A stretch of DNA of 64,000 nucleotides from an uncultured Candidatus Saccharibacteria bacterium (GCA_958399925.1 CATXOC010000001.1:176733-240732); one strand, 5' to 3'. Numbered from the stretch's first letter, positions 10,526 to 21,411 are shown. Notes: generated by a model not told the origin, from the sequence alone. Program-made: numbers and translations.

Positions 10526-10780
10526 ATGAAAAAATCAGATATTGCATTAGTTGTCCTAGTTGTTGGAATTGTTGGGTTTGTTGCGTACTATATAGTTAAT
10601 ATGGTGTTACCACCCGTTGATAAGTCATTGCAGTCAGTAACTAAGGCAGATGCTTTCACGACATCGGTGACTGATCCAGACAAGTCAGTATTCAACGAGA
10701 ACGGTATTAATCCGACTGTTGAGTCGACTATCGGTAATGATGGCTTTAGTACTCAGGTATTTAAATCAGGGGACGAATAG
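10526..10780 (+). CDS. Small membrane-anchored pil operon protein (PilP position)
   Basis: 84 aa, N-terminal TM, tightly spaced between pilO and pilB. Confidence 0.7.
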   Translation: MKKSDIALVVLVVGIVGFVAYYIVNMVLPPVDKSLQSVTKADAFTTSVTDPDKSVFNENGINPTVESTIGNDGFSTQVFKSGDE

Positions 10781-10782
10781 CA

Positions 10783-12549
10783 GTGGCAATTTTAACGGAT
10801 GAATCTCGACAAAAAATCGAGGCGTATTTCGTTGAAAATGGCACGTTAACCGAAGATCAACTAGAAGACCTAAGAAAACGTGCAGAGGACGCCGACGAAC
10901 CGCTCATTACGCTAATGATTAATGAGCGGGTGATTAATGATGAGCAATTAACTGAGGCGACCTCACATGTAACGGGTGTACCATACGTTAACCTATCACG
11001 AGCGGTTATTGATACTAAAATTTTAAACCTGTTGCCAATGGAAACTGCACAGCGCTTTATGGCGGTGCCATTAGGTGAAACTGCTGAAGGTGGAGCTAAA
11101 CGCTTAGCTGTAGCTATGCTTGACGCCAATAACGTACAAGCAGTTGACTTTTTGTCTAATACAATCGGTCGGCCAATCAAGGTGTACTTAGCATCAGAGT
11201 CGGGTATAAATAACGTTCTAGCTCAGTATCACATGGACGTTGACCCAACCCTGCAAAACGATACAATAGCAGAGGCTAAAGCCAAGGCGGCAAATGTCCG
11301 CACAATTGTACAGGATTCGCCAATTTCACGTATTTTGACCCAGCTATTGGAATATGCTCAACGTTCACGTGCTTCTGATATTCACATTGAGCCAACAGAA
11401 ACCAAACTGGTTATCCGTATGCGTATAGATGGTGTGCTTCGCGTGGTAATGGAATTGCCTAAATCGGTAGAAGCGGCATTGATATCACGTATTAAAATTT
11501 TATCTAACCTAAAAATTGACGAACACCGCAAACCGCAGGATGGTGAGTTTACGGTTATGGTTGGCGATAAAGAGGTTGACTTGCGTATTGCAATATCACC
11601 AGTGATTTGGGGTGAACAGGTCGTGATTCGTTTGCTAGACAAATCTGGGTCGAGCTTCAAGCTAGAAGACATGGGCTATGCAGGCCGAGCATTGCGAGCA
11701 ATTCGCCGCGGTATCAAGAAGCCCAACGGAATGGTATTGACGTCGGGTCCGACTGGTTCTGGTAAGTCTACTTCGTTGTATGCCTTGGTGCAGGAAATCT
11801 ATAGTGAAGAAATTAATATTATTACACTAGAAGACCCGGTTGAGTATAAGATGAACGGTGTTAACCAGATTCAGGTCAATCCGGCTGCCGGGCTAACATT
11901 CGCATCTGGTCTGCGCTCAATTCTGCGTTTGGACCCTGATGTGATTCTAGTGGGTGAAATTCGTGATGCTGAAACGGCTAACCTAGCAGTGCAGGCGGCT
12001 TTGACGGGCCACTTGGTATTTTCGACACTTCACACTAACTCTGCCGCCGGTATTCTACCGCGTTTACTAGATATGGGCATTGAACCATTTCTAATTGCCT
12101 CGACCATTAATACGGTGATTGGCCAGCGTCTAGTGCGACGCAATGGCTCTGATCGTGAAAAATATGCCAGCAGCAAGGTCGAGACCGAACAAATTAATGA
12201 TAAGATCGGGTACTTGTTGCCAAAGAATGATAGTGAAGTAGCTAAGGTTGAGGAAGACTTGGGCTATAAAGGATTGCCGTTAGCTGGACAGAGTTCATAT
12301 CAACTGACCAAGGGTGTAGCTAGTAAAAGCCAGCCGGGCGGCTATAAAGGACGTATGGGTCTATACGAGGTGATTGAGATCTCCGAAGAGATTCAGCAAT
12401 TAATTATCAAGCATGCAACCTCTAGCCAGATTCAGCGTTTGGCTGTGGCGCAGGGTATGATTCCGATGCAAATGGATGGATATCTAAAAGCCTTGACTGG
12501 CAATACTACTATCGACGAAGTAAATCGTGTGGCTGGTGGTATAGCATAA
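10783..12549 (+). CDS. pilB: Type IV pilus extension ATPase PilB
   Basis: ASDIHIEP, Walker A GPTGSGKST, EDPVEY, GEIRD, TGHLVFSTLHTN; N-terminal extension. Confidence 0.95.
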   Translation: MAILTDESRQKIEAYFVENGTLTEDQLEDLRKRAEDADEPLITLMINERVINDEQLTEATSHVTGVPYVNLSRAVIDTKILNLLPMETAQRFMAVPLGETAEGGAKRLAVAMLDANNVQAVDFLSNTIGRPIKVYLASESGINNVLAQYHMDVDPTLQNDTIAEAKAKAANVRTIVQDSPISRILTQLLEYAQRSRASDIHIEPTETKLVIRMRIDGVLRVVMELPKSVEAALISRIKILSNLKIDEHRKPQDGEFTVMVGDKEVDLRIAISPVIWGEQVVIRLLDKSGSSFKLEDMGYAGRALRAIRRGIKKPNGMVLTSGPTGSGKSTSLYALVQEIYSEEINIITLEDPVEYKMNGVNQIQVNPAAGLTFASGLRSILRLDPDVILVGEIRDAETANLAVQAALTGHLVFSTLHTNSAAGILPRLLDMGIEPFLIASTINTVIGQRLVRRNGSDREKYASSKVETEQINDKIGYLLPKNDSEVAKVEEDLGYKGLPLAGQSSYQLTKGVASKSQPGGYKGRMGLYEVIEISEEIQQLIIKHATSSQIQRLAVAQGMIPMQMDGYLKALTGNTTIDEVNRVAGGIA

Positions 12550-12592
12550 AACATAAGTGTGATGGTACAATATAGATAAACAGGGAGGGTAT

Positions 12593-13657
12593 ATGGATAG
12601 TGTAAGGATTGAATTGTTACTGCAAGAAGTAATTAATCAGCATGCATCAGATTTGCATATTCAGGTTGGTCTGCCGCCGATGTTGCGCGTGGATGGTGCG
12701 CTTGCGCCAATTGCAAACACGCCGATGCTGACGTCCGAGATGACAGAGAAGCTAATTTTTAGCATTCTTGACTCTGATCAGCAACAAATTTTATTGAAGG
12801 ATAAGGAATTTGATTTCTCGTTTTCATTCGGTAACCTAGGTCGTTTCCGTGTTAACGCCTTCCACGAGCGGGGCAATCTAGCGGCGGCCTTTCGTTTGAT
12901 TCCAAATGAGATGCCAACTATCGAAGAGCTAGGCTTACCGAGTATCGTGTCGTCATTCGCGGATTACCCACGTGGTTTGGTGTTGGTCACTGGCCCGACT
13001 GGTTCAGGTAAGTCAACTACGTTAGCTGCTCTAATTGACAAAATCAATACCGAGAAGGCTGAACATATCATTACTATCGAAGACCCAATTGAGTTCACGC
13101 ATAAATCTAAGCGCTCGGTGGTGGTGCAGCGCGAAGTTCACTACGATACTTACTCTTTCAACGCAGCTCTGCGTAGTGCTTTGCGTGAAGACCCAGATAT
13201 CGTCCTGATTGGTGAGATGCGTGATCTTGAAACAATCTCGGCTGCTGTGACCATTGCTGAAACGGGTCACTTGGTGTTTGCAACCCTGCACACCAACAGT
13301 GCATCGCAGTCTATTGACCGTATGGTTAACGTCTTCCCACCACATCAACAGCCGCAGATTAAGGCTCAGCTGGGTAATATCTTGCAGGCGATTTGTTCGC
13401 AGCGTCTAATTCCGGCTATTGGCGGTGGTCGTGTAGTGGCTGCGGAAATCTTGGTTGCTAATGCTGCCGTTCGTAATATCATTCGCGAAGGCAAGACACA
13501 TCAGCTGGATGCAGTAATTCAGACGTCGGCACGTGAAGGTATGCAGTCAATGGATCGCACCTTAGCTGAACTAGTGCATAGTGGGCAAATTACCTTCGAC
13601 GAAGCTCGTAATTACGCAGTAGACCTAGAAGAATTTGAGAGGATGATGAGGGGGTAA
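12593..13657 (+). CDS. pilT: Type IV pilus retraction ATPase PilT
   Basis: GPTGSGKSTT, EDPIEF, ALREDPD, AVRNIIRE (AIRNLIRE) motif. Confidence 0.96.
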   Translation: MDSVRIELLLQEVINQHASDLHIQVGLPPMLRVDGALAPIANTPMLTSEMTEKLIFSILDSDQQQILLKDKEFDFSFSFGNLGRFRVNAFHERGNLAAAFRLIPNEMPTIEELGLPSIVSSFADYPRGLVLVTGPTGSGKSTTLAALIDKINTEKAEHIITIEDPIEFTHKSKRSVVVQREVHYDTYSFNAALRSALREDPDIVLIGEMRDLETISAAVTIAETGHLVFATLHTNSASQSIDRMVNVFPPHQQPQIKAQLGNILQAICSQRLIPAIGGGRVVAAEILVANAAVRNIIREGKTHQLDAVIQTSAREGMQSMDRTLAELVHSGQITFDEARNYAVDLEEFERMMRG

Positions 13658-13663
13658 TAGCCA

Positions 13664-14869
13664 ATGTTGACATACAAGTACAAGGCTCGTGATACAGCCA
13701 GCAATAAAATCGTTAGCTCGACTATTCAGGCAAATTCTGAGGTAGCAGCGGCGCGACTGTTAATGGCGCAACATATTGTGCCGCTAGAGATCAAAACTGT
13801 CGATCAGAGTGGTCCACTTGCTAAGCTGACGAACAAAGTTAGCACGAAACAGCTGGTTATCTTTACGCGTCAGCTCTCGACTATGCTGAATGCTGGTTTG
13901 CCACTTGCGCAGTCGTTGGCAACCGTGCAAGAGCAGACTAACAGTACCGCACTTAAGAACATTGCTGGCGATATAGTGGCTAGCATTAACGGTGGTGCTT
14001 CACTGTCTTCGGCGATTAAAAAGTATCCAGACGTATTTAATAATGTCTATGTGGCATTGGTTGAGGCAGGTGAGACTTCGGGTACATTGGATGAGGCACT
14101 GCAACGCCTAGCAAACCAGCTAGAGCATGATTCAGATATGCTGGGTAAAATTAAAGGTGCTATGATGTACCCAGCCATTGTATTGGTTGTTATTATCGGC
14201 GTGGTGATATTTATGCTAGTATCATTGGTACCACAGGTGAAGAGTCTGTACGATGATATGGGTAAGACCTTGCCGCTACAGACCTTGATTTTGCAGGGTA
14301 TTGCTGACTTTATTATTAAGTACTGGTGGTTGACGCTGTTGGTTCTGGCTGGTTTAATCGTATTTATTAACCGATGGAAGAAAACTGACGGCGGGCGTAA
14401 GGCGATTGATACTATAAAGTTAAACGTACCATTGTTTGCACCATTGCTTCGCAAGCTTTACATGGCACGTTTCTCGCGTACTATGGAGACGTTGATTAAG
14501 TCGGGCGTTTCGATGCTAGAATCGCTAAAAATTTCAGCGGATGCCGTTAATAATGTGGTTGTCAAAGAAGAAATCTTGAGTGCGACAGGGAAGGTAAAGA
14601 ACGGTAAGTCGTTGTCTGAATCGCTGTCGAATCAAGACTATATCTTGCCGTTTGTGCCGCAGATGATCAAGATTGGTGAGACATCGGGTGGTATTGATGC
14701 GATGTTGGCTAAGGTTGCCGACTATTATGACAAGGAAGTGGATAATGCAATTAATAACATATCAACCTTAATTGAGCCAATCTTGATGGTGGTGATGGCA
14801 GGTATGATTGGCTTTATCGTGCTAGCAGTCTTGTTGCCGATTTATACGCTATCAACTTCACTAGAATAA
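13664..14869 (+). CDS. pilC: Type IV pilus platform protein PilC (GspF family)
   Basis: FTRQLSTMLNAGLPL, GETSGTLD, AMMYP, IEPILM. Confidence 0.95.
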   Translation: MLTYKYKARDTASNKIVSSTIQANSEVAAARLLMAQHIVPLEIKTVDQSGPLAKLTNKVSTKQLVIFTRQLSTMLNAGLPLAQSLATVQEQTNSTALKNIAGDIVASINGGASLSSAIKKYPDVFNNVYVALVEAGETSGTLDEALQRLANQLEHDSDMLGKIKGAMMYPAIVLVVIIGVVIFMLVSLVPQVKSLYDDMGKTLPLQTLILQGIADFIIKYWWLTLLVLAGLIVFINRWKKTDGGRKAIDTIKLNVPLFAPLLRKLYMARFSRTMETLIKSGVSMLESLKISADAVNNVVVKEEILSATGKVKNGKSLSESLSNQDYILPFVPQMIKIGETSGGIDAMLAKVADYYDKEVDNAINNISTLIEPILMVVMAGMIGFIVLAVLLPIYTLSTSLE

Positions 14870-14948
14870 CGCTTGCGCTTTTATATAAACTAGTATATAT
14901 TAATAACTGTAAGTTAACTAAAATAAAAGAAAGGGTAGGTAAACTTAT

Positions 14949-15467
14949 ATGATTAAAAATCAGAAATCTCAAAAGGGTTTTACCATCATTGAGGTTGCTC
15001 TAGTTTTGGCCGTTGGTGCACTTATTTTCCTAGTAGTGTTCCTAGCAGTGCCTGCACTACAGCGTAACCAGCGTAACGATGCACGTAAGCGTGACCAGTC
15101 GAGCGTTGTTGAGGCTGTAACGTCTTACACGTCAAATAACCCAGCCAAAAAGTTAACCTCCGTTACCAACGAAAATGCGTATACCGCTGGTGCGCCAGCC
15201 ACAACGAACTGGCTTGGCAAATATCTAGATCAACTATCAAACAACACAGAGGAAGTCGCAGTTAAGAATAATACGACCACAGTTCCAACTGTTGGTGATA
15301 CCAGTGACGACAAAGATACAGCCAAAAAGACGATTTACGTCCTAACAGGTGCAACCTGCAACTCAGACGGTAAAACTACCAAGAAGGGAACTGCAAAACA
15401 GGCAGCAGTTATCTCATTCCAAGAGACAGCAGCAGGTGTAGATGCTGTTTGCTCTTCTGCTAACTAG
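14949..15467 (+). CDS. pilA: Major type IV pilin
   Basis: KG|FTIIE class III signal; own promoter TTGCGC(14873)-17-TATATT(14896), Shine-Dalgarno and downstream terminator. Confidence 0.88.
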   Translation: MIKNQKSQKGFTIIEVALVLAVGALIFLVVFLAVPALQRNQRNDARKRDQSSVVEAVTSYTSNNPAKKLTSVTNENAYTAGAPATTNWLGKYLDQLSNNTEEVAVKNNTTTVPTVGDTSDDKDTAKKTIYVLTGATCNSDGKTTKKGTAKQAAVISFQETAAGVDAVCSSAN

Positions 15468-15493
15468 TCTTAGCTAAAACACGTTAAGGCACG

Positions 15494-15523
15494 TTAAAAC
15501 AGTCCCACTAGGGACTGTTTTAA
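15494..15523. terminator. Bidirectional intrinsic terminator after the major pilin
   Basis: TTAAAACAGTCCC-ACTA-GGGACTGTTTTAA. Confidence 0.85.
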
Positions 15524-15545
15524 TAGTTTCTGATATAATACAGTT

Positions 15546-16370
15546 ATGGTAATTATCTGTGCAGTATTTTTATTTATCTTAGGCGCTGTATTCGGCTCGT
15601 TTGTCGGCGCCTTCACTTGGCGGCTAAAACATCATAAAGACTGGGTGAAGGGGCGTAGCGAATGTGAACATTGTCACCACAAACTAACGCCGCTCGACCT
15701 AATACCCGTCATTAGCTGGATTAGCCTCGGCGGAAGGTGTCGCTATTGTCGAAAGCCGATTGGCTGGACAACCTTGCTGCTAGAGCTTGGTCTTGGTGTT
15801 GCCTTTGTGACGTCTTTTTACTTCTTGCCGATTGCTTTTGGCTTTACACCGGCACAGCTAATTGCCGGTCGTAGCGCTTGGCTAATCGTTTTACTGGCGG
15901 TTTGGTTGACAATGCTGATTATGCTGGCGGCGTTACTGGTTTACGACGCAAAATGGCATTTGTTACCCAATAAAATTATGTACCCCCTGATTGCATTGGC
16001 GCTAGTTTACACATTGATTGCCAGCTTCGCTATCAATCATATGGCTTTTATGTCTTGGTTAGGCGATACGTTACTGGCTATGCTGCCAGTTGCCGGTCTG
16101 TATGGTGTACTGTGGTTATTCAGTGGTGGTCGTTGGATTGGCTTAGGTGATGTGAAACTGGGTGTTATTGTGGGGTTGTGTCTCGGTTGGCAACTAGCGC
16201 TAGCAGTGCTAGCAATTTCCAATGCTATTGCCTCGCTGTCGGTAATACCACTACTGATTACAAAAAAGCTGAAACCTACTAGCCAGATTGCTTTTGGTCC
16301 GTTTTTGATTGTGACTCTATTTGCCATGGTTCTATTTGGTAATTATTTGTGTGATTGGTTGGGGATATAA
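15546..16370 (+). CDS. pilD: Prepilin peptidase/methyltransferase PilD
   Basis: GSF...RSECEHC...GRCRYC zinc site; YD and GLGDVKL catalytic aspartates; AFGPFL. Confidence 0.95.
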   Translation: MVIICAVFLFILGAVFGSFVGAFTWRLKHHKDWVKGRSECEHCHHKLTPLDLIPVISWISLGGRCRYCRKPIGWTTLLLELGLGVAFVTSFYFLPIAFGFTPAQLIAGRSAWLIVLLAVWLTMLIMLAALLVYDAKWHLLPNKIMYPLIALALVYTLIASFAINHMAFMSWLGDTLLAMLPVAGLYGVLWLFSGGRWIGLGDVKLGVIVGLCLGWQLALAVLAISNAIASLSVIPLLITKKLKPTSQIAFGPFLIVTLFAMVLFGNYLCDWLGI

Positions 16371-16420
16371 TTTTTCGATAATCTATGGAGTTTAAATAGC
16401 TTGTGCTATAATTTATGGTA

Positions 16421-17266
16421 ATGAAACGAGAGGGTGGCTATACATTGGTAGAGATCGGCCTGGTGATGGCAGTGTCGGCAGGTTTACTGCTGATTGCTGG
16501 CAGTCTATATACTATGTCGGGCAACCAGCGCTTTACCGATTCACTGCAAACTACCCGAACCTTTATTCAGCAACAGTATAACGATGTGCGTTCCAACATC
16601 AGCCAGCGCGTGGGCGGCGATGTAAGCTCGTTGTGCGCAGTTGATCCGCATGATTTGGGGGACAAGTCTGCAGGGAATAATAAGAGCTGTCTACTAATGG
16701 GTAAAATTATTCAATTTAAGGACGACCGCATGAAATCGAGCTATATAATTGGTAGGCCGATTGGTTCTGATTGGCCGAATGCCAACAAAACAGCCATAGA
16801 AAATATACGAGACATGACACTGTTTGCAATAACCAGTCCTTCTGCTGGGCGTGGTGTGCGACCGACAGAAAAACTGTATCCCAACGGCGGTGAGGCTATT
16901 ACTACGCTGGCGTGTAACGACAAAGAATGTAGTAGAGGCGAAAAAGTTAAGACACCTAGTGATGAAGCTAATTTGGTGATTTTACGCAGTCCATTGGATG
17001 GCTCGATTTTAACATTTGCCTATGCTAAATTGGTAGGTAATGACGACACTAGTAAGAAGATTTCTGATATAGGTAGTAATTCATATCTCGGTCTAGTGCT
17101 GGCTTTAAGATCGGGTGGCTTGGGTGTGAGTACGGGTTCGCTGTGTATTCCGGTAGCATCAACTTCATCGGGTATTCAAACGGCGGCGCCAGCTGAAGGC
17201 TTAAATGGATCAGGTATCAGTAATTCTAAGACATTGTTTAGTGTATGTAGTGTGGAGGTCGACTGA
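16421..17266 (+). CDS. Minor pilin (FimU/GspH-like)
   Basis: GG|YTLVE prepilin motif; start moved to ATG 16421 because TATAAT occupies 16407-16412. Confidence 0.8.
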   Translation: MKREGGYTLVEIGLVMAVSAGLLLIAGSLYTMSGNQRFTDSLQTTRTFIQQQYNDVRSNISQRVGGDVSSLCAVDPHDLGDKSAGNNKSCLLMGKIIQFKDDRMKSSYIIGRPIGSDWPNANKTAIENIRDMTLFAITSPSAGRGVRPTEKLYPNGGEAITTLACNDKECSRGEKVKTPSDEANLVILRSPLDGSILTFAYAKLVGNDDTSKKISDIGSNSYLGLVLALRSGGLGVSTGSLCIPVASTSSGIQTAAPAEGLNGSGISNSKTLFSVCSVEVD

Positions 17267-18057
17267 TGAATAAAATTGAACAAATTTGGCATAGTATTCG
17301 TTGCGCAAACGGTGTTTCAGACGACGTGGCTGAACGGGGCGATACTTTGATCGAAGTTGCAATTGCAATGGCCGTGTTGGGCGCTGTTGCCTTATTAACT
17401 TTTACTACAATGAATAGCAGTCTGTTGTCTATTATGGACTCTACTCAACGCACCTCCGTGCAACAGAAAGTTAATTCGCAGATTGAGATGATTAACTATA
17501 TACGCAGCAATGACCCTGACCAGTGGAAGGCATTTACAGACGCTGCTTCTGACGCAGGTTATGCGCCACTAAAGGATGATTCATATAAGTGTCGAATGAA
17601 TAAGTACCATGGCGCACCAATGCCGAGCATCTATACAGACAGTACTGATTTTTATAGCAACTTTGGTAGTGTATGGCTAGAGTATCACCCGGATGATACT
17701 GCGCATCCAGTTAGAGTGTATAATCTGGCGACTGCAAATGGCACTAATGATTTCAACCGCTCGACAGCTGCTAAGTATTGGGGTGGGCGTGTGAGTAATA
17801 AAGACTATGCGTTTGACGGTAGATCAGGCATGAGTACGGTGTCGATTACTGACCCACAACCAGGTTATGGTATCTGGGTGGATGTTGGTGCTGCTCAACC
17901 GAGGTACGCCACTCACGTCGCTGTGAGAGCTGACGAGCCGTATATTGACGTTGTAGTTAAAGCGTGCTGGACACCGTTTGGCGCTAAGAGCGATGGCGAG
18001 GCGCGCATTTCGCAAACTTATCGTATACATAAGAATGAGGCTTCGGAGGACTACTAA
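17266..18057 (+). CDS. Minor pilin (PilV-like)
   Basis: RG|DTLIEVAIAMAVL prepilin motif. Confidence 0.8.
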   Translation: MNKIEQIWHSIRCANGVSDDVAERGDTLIEVAIAMAVLGAVALLTFTTMNSSLLSIMDSTQRTSVQQKVNSQIEMINYIRSNDPDQWKAFTDAASDAGYAPLKDDSYKCRMNKYHGAPMPSIYTDSTDFYSNFGSVWLEYHPDDTAHPVRVYNLATANGTNDFNRSTAAKYWGGRVSNKDYAFDGRSGMSTVSITDPQPGYGIWVDVGAAQPRYATHVAVRADEPYIDVVVKACWTPFGAKSDGEARISQTYRIHKNEASEDY

Positions 18058-18833
18058 TGGTTAGAATGAATAGAGTAAAGAGGTGTAAAACATCGGCGGG
18101 CTTTACTATTATCGAGGTCTCGCTATCGCTAACGTTTATTGCGTTTATTATTCTGTTTTTGACGGCTAGTATGCTAAGTATCATTGGTACTTACAATAAG
18201 GGTGTGTGGCTGAGTCAGGTCAACCAAGCACTGCGTCAAATGAATGCGGATATCGTTGATACGGTTAAGTATAGTGCTTCGCCTAAGGTTAAGACAGTGG
18301 ACGGTGAGGTAACTCGGCTATGTGCCAATGGTGTGACCTATGCTTGGAATTTGCAAAGCTGGATTGACAACGACCACCGACCGCGTAATAGATTTAATGG
18401 TGAGGGTAGCACTAGCTCATCGTTGCGTTTGGTTCGTATCCAAGATAAGTCGGGCGCCTACTGTAGCGACGATAGTAGATACGATTTAATTCGGCGTGAT
18501 AGTGGCACGATGGTTCTGCTCGGCAAGGGTACTATCTTGCAGGAATTCAATGTCGTACAGGGTATAACAGATACCCCGAGTGTTCCGCTGTTATCAGTTA
18601 ACGGTGTAATTTCGACCGAAGGTGTAAATGCTCCATCTAAAGTAAAATTAGTTGGGGATAAATTCCAATTTGTGAACTATAATGATAACAGCGGTACCTG
18701 GCAGTGTGGTGACTGGATCGATAGTAATGGTAATAATAGAAAAGATATCGGCGAGTTCAAGCCTAGCAAAGGTTCGTTCTGTGCTAAGGCGGATATTGGT
18801 ATGCAGGTGTATGAAAGGGGAGTAGAAAAGTAA
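18057..18833 (+). CDS. Minor pilin (PilW-like)
   Basis: AG|FTIIEVSL prepilin motif. Confidence 0.8.
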   Translation: MVRMNRVKRCKTSAGFTIIEVSLSLTFIAFIILFLTASMLSIIGTYNKGVWLSQVNQALRQMNADIVDTVKYSASPKVKTVDGEVTRLCANGVTYAWNLQSWIDNDHRPRNRFNGEGSTSSSLRLVRIQDKSGAYCSDDSRYDLIRRDSGTMVLLGKGTILQEFNVVQGITDTPSVPLLSVNGVISTEGVNAPSKVKLVGDKFQFVNYNDNSGTWQCGDWIDSNGNNRKDIGEFKPSKGSFCAKADIGMQVYERGVEK

Positions 18834-20164
18834 TGGAAAGCCAACATTCTACATGGTCAGATCAACGTGGTCAAGTGGCGATTTTAACAGTATCGATTTT
18901 TATGGTTGTTTTTTCGGTACTGACAGTCGGTTTTGCCTATGTTATGACGTCAACAGTAAAAGACTCGACCAATGACAGCACTAGTTATAGTGCACGCGCG
19001 GCAGCTGAGTCGGGCGTAGAGGATGCTAAACGCCTGTTGAAATATTGTTATTCAAAAATGGATAATCACGGAGGGTTTAATTCGTCTGATCCGTCGTTTG
19101 CTATATGTAGCAAAGTTATCAATAAATCATACGACGAGCAAACATGTAACACGGCGATTGACGCCATGACTGCGTCGGACGAAGCAAAAAATCAATTTGG
19201 CTTGAAAACAGCATTAGAGACGGCCCACGGCGGTAAGCGAATTCGTGTTTACGATACAACTGGTGCTAGTAAAAATGGCAAAGCGATTGAGTACTATCAG
19301 TGTTTGAAGCTCGCCACGCGCACTGAGGACTATACGGGTGTTTTGACGGCGGAAGGTCAGTCTTCAATTATTCAATTGCGTCTAGTAGATAAGTACGGTA
19401 ACCGAGCGAATGCGAAGCGTGTCACTATACAGTGGCACAATAACAGTACGTCAAGCAATGGCGACAAACCTGCGACGACTGCGCCTGGCGGTAAAACTCT
19501 ACCGAAGAAGTCTGATTGGAAAACTGCTGGTCTTGGCCTCGATAGTTCGAACGTACCAGCTGTTTTACGAGCGCAGTTTGTACCAGTGACAGAAGGCAAT
19601 GTGTCGGTGCAAAAGTTATCCGAAGATAGTCGTGCTGTGACCGCGCGACCAACGAAAGAAGCTCGAACTCCAGGTGGCTGGGGATCTGACGGATACCGAG
19701 TGTATGGTGTGGGCGACAAAATCAATCTCAATGATTATATAGCCTCAACTGAGCCAAACACTACAGCGCACCCGAGCATTGCCGGTGTTACAGGATGTGG
19801 CAAGGATAAGCCGTATGCCTGTACAATAGCGTTTCAAGATATAAATACTAGAGATCAAGACTGGTATTTGCGTCTGAATGCAATTTATAAAAATGCGCAT
19901 TTTCGCATAACGGCGTGTAAGGCAGATGAGTCTGTTTGCAGTTCAAATAATGTCCTGTACTTTGATGGAACTCAGCCGGAGGTTGATGTAACGGGCAATT
20001 CGGCAAGTTCATATAGTCGCATTAAGGCACGTTTAGAGCCTGAGCGCAATACTGATAATAGTTTAGCTAACTGGTGGCCAGACTATGCTATTGATACTGC
20101 AGGTAAAGTCTGCAAAGATATAACCGTCCGCTGGAAAGACGGTGACGACAACTGCACGGATTAA
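18833..20164 (+). CDS. Minor pilin, PilX-like
   Basis: RG|QVAIL lacking Glu5; ARAAAESGVEDA PilX N-terminal motif. Confidence 0.82.
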   Translation: MESQHSTWSDQRGQVAILTVSIFMVVFSVLTVGFAYVMTSTVKDSTNDSTSYSARAAAESGVEDAKRLLKYCYSKMDNHGGFNSSDPSFAICSKVINKSYDEQTCNTAIDAMTASDEAKNQFGLKTALETAHGGKRIRVYDTTGASKNGKAIEYYQCLKLATRTEDYTGVLTAEGQSSIIQLRLVDKYGNRANAKRVTIQWHNNSTSSNGDKPATTAPGGKTLPKKSDWKTAGLGLDSSNVPAVLRAQFVPVTEGNVSVQKLSEDSRAVTARPTKEARTPGGWGSDGYRVYGVGDKINLNDYIASTEPNTTAHPSIAGVTGCGKDKPYACTIAFQDINTRDQDWYLRLNAIYKNAHFRITACKADESVCSSNNVLYFDGTQPEVDVTGNSASSYSRIKARLEPERNTDNSLANWWPDYAIDTAGKVCKDITVRWKDGDDNCTD

Positions 20165-20191
20165 TAAATTATACTAGCCACGGCTATAGCA

Positions 20192-20226
20192 ATCTGCCTC
20201 TCGTGATAGAGAGGCAGATATTTTTA
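20192..20226. terminator. Intrinsic terminator between the pil locus and the recombinase
   Basis: ATCTGCCTCTC-GTGATA-GAGAGGCAGAT followed by a T tract. Confidence 0.8.
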
Positions 20227-20246
20227 TGGTATTTATAGGCTACTAT

Positions 20247-21236
20247 CTATAGTCGACTTTGGAATTTCTCGTGTACTTCACGTAGATGTGGGTCTGTGAC
20301 GTGAGTGTATATCTGGGTCGTGGCGATGTTTGCGTGACCCAACATAGACTGTACCGAGCGTAGATCAGCGCCATTCATCAACAGGTCGGTTGCAAATGAG
20401 TGGCGTAGGGTGTGCGGCGAAACATGCTTGGTGATGCCAGCCTTCATTGCGTAATTTTTGACGATACGTTGGACGGAGCGCGGAGTGAGCCGTCGCTTCT
20501 CGGATTCAGCGACTGTTTCAGCGTGGACATCCTTACTAACATTGCGCGAATTGTTTAAAAACAGCGGCTTTAGGTTGTCGACACGTGAATCAAGATATTG
20601 TTCAACCGCATCAGCAGCAGTGGCGCTGATGAAGATTGGTCGATCCTTGCCACCTTTACCGCGGATGACAAATTCGCGGCGCTTAGTATTAACGCGATCA
20701 CGATCGAGGTTGCACAGCTCGCTGACGCGTAAACCGCCGGAAAACAGTAGTTCCATAATCGCCTTATCACGCAGACCGTTCTCTGTGGTGGTATCAATCT
20801 CGGCGAATAGTCGTGCGACTTCTTCTGCTAATAGAAATGAAACCTGTTTTTTGTGTACTTTCGGTAGGCTGATTTTAACGGCGTCCAAAGTTGCTATGTC
20901 GCGTTGAGCACAATATTTAAGGAAGCTGCGTAGGGCAATCAAGTGATAGCTCTGGGTGATGGTTGATAGCTCGCGGCCTTGATCGTCGACGTAGCGTGCT
21001 AGCCACAGACGATATTTGCGAACCGTTTCGTCGGTAATTTGATCGACGGTAATATCGCCAACGAATTCGGCAAAACGATCCATGTATAGATGATAGTTCT
21101 CGGCAGTGCGAAGTGATCGCCCGCGTCCAACCTCTACATCCTCGACGAAGTCCATAATTAAGTCAGATAGGTAATAGTCATTCGATGAATTACCACTGAC
21201 AGTAGCTTTAGCTGACGGTGTTTGTTTAGTATCCAT
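20247..21236 (-). CDS. Tyrosine recombinase, XerC/XerD family
   Basis: RD.AIMELLFSGGLRVSEL, GKGGKDR, HTLRHSFAT, LGHANIATTQIYTH; start refined to ATG 21236. Confidence 0.92.
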   Translation of the reverse strand: MDTKQTPSAKATVSGNSSNDYYLSDLIMDFVEDVEVGRGRSLRTAENYHLYMDRFAEFVGDITVDQITDETVRKYRLWLARYVDDQGRELSTITQSYHLIALRSFLKYCAQRDIATLDAVKISLPKVHKKQVSFLLAEEVARLFAEIDTTTENGLRDKAIMELLFSGGLRVSELCNLDRDRVNTKRREFVIRGKGGKDRPIFISATAADAVEQYLDSRVDNLKPLFLNNSRNVSKDVHAETVAESEKRRLTPRSVQRIVKNYAMKAGITKHVSPHTLRHSFATDLLMNGADLRSVQSMLGHANIATTQIYTHVTDPHLREVHEKFQSRL

Positions 21237-21411
21237 AACCGTATTGTAGCACAATGCTTATTGTCGTGCAATAACGCCATTTTAACGTTTTACGACGTAT
21301 CTATCAGTAGTAACGCTAAATTAATAAACTGTGGAAAACTACGAGAGACCATGTGTTTAACTTTGCAAAATAGCGGTCGGTGATGCACTAGTTTGTGCTA
21401 AAATATGGTTA

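Noticed and set aside
20247..21236. Recombinase as a phage/island integrase or pilin invertase
   Set aside because: Size and motifs fit a housekeeping Xer; no att duplication or invertible repeats found around the pil locus
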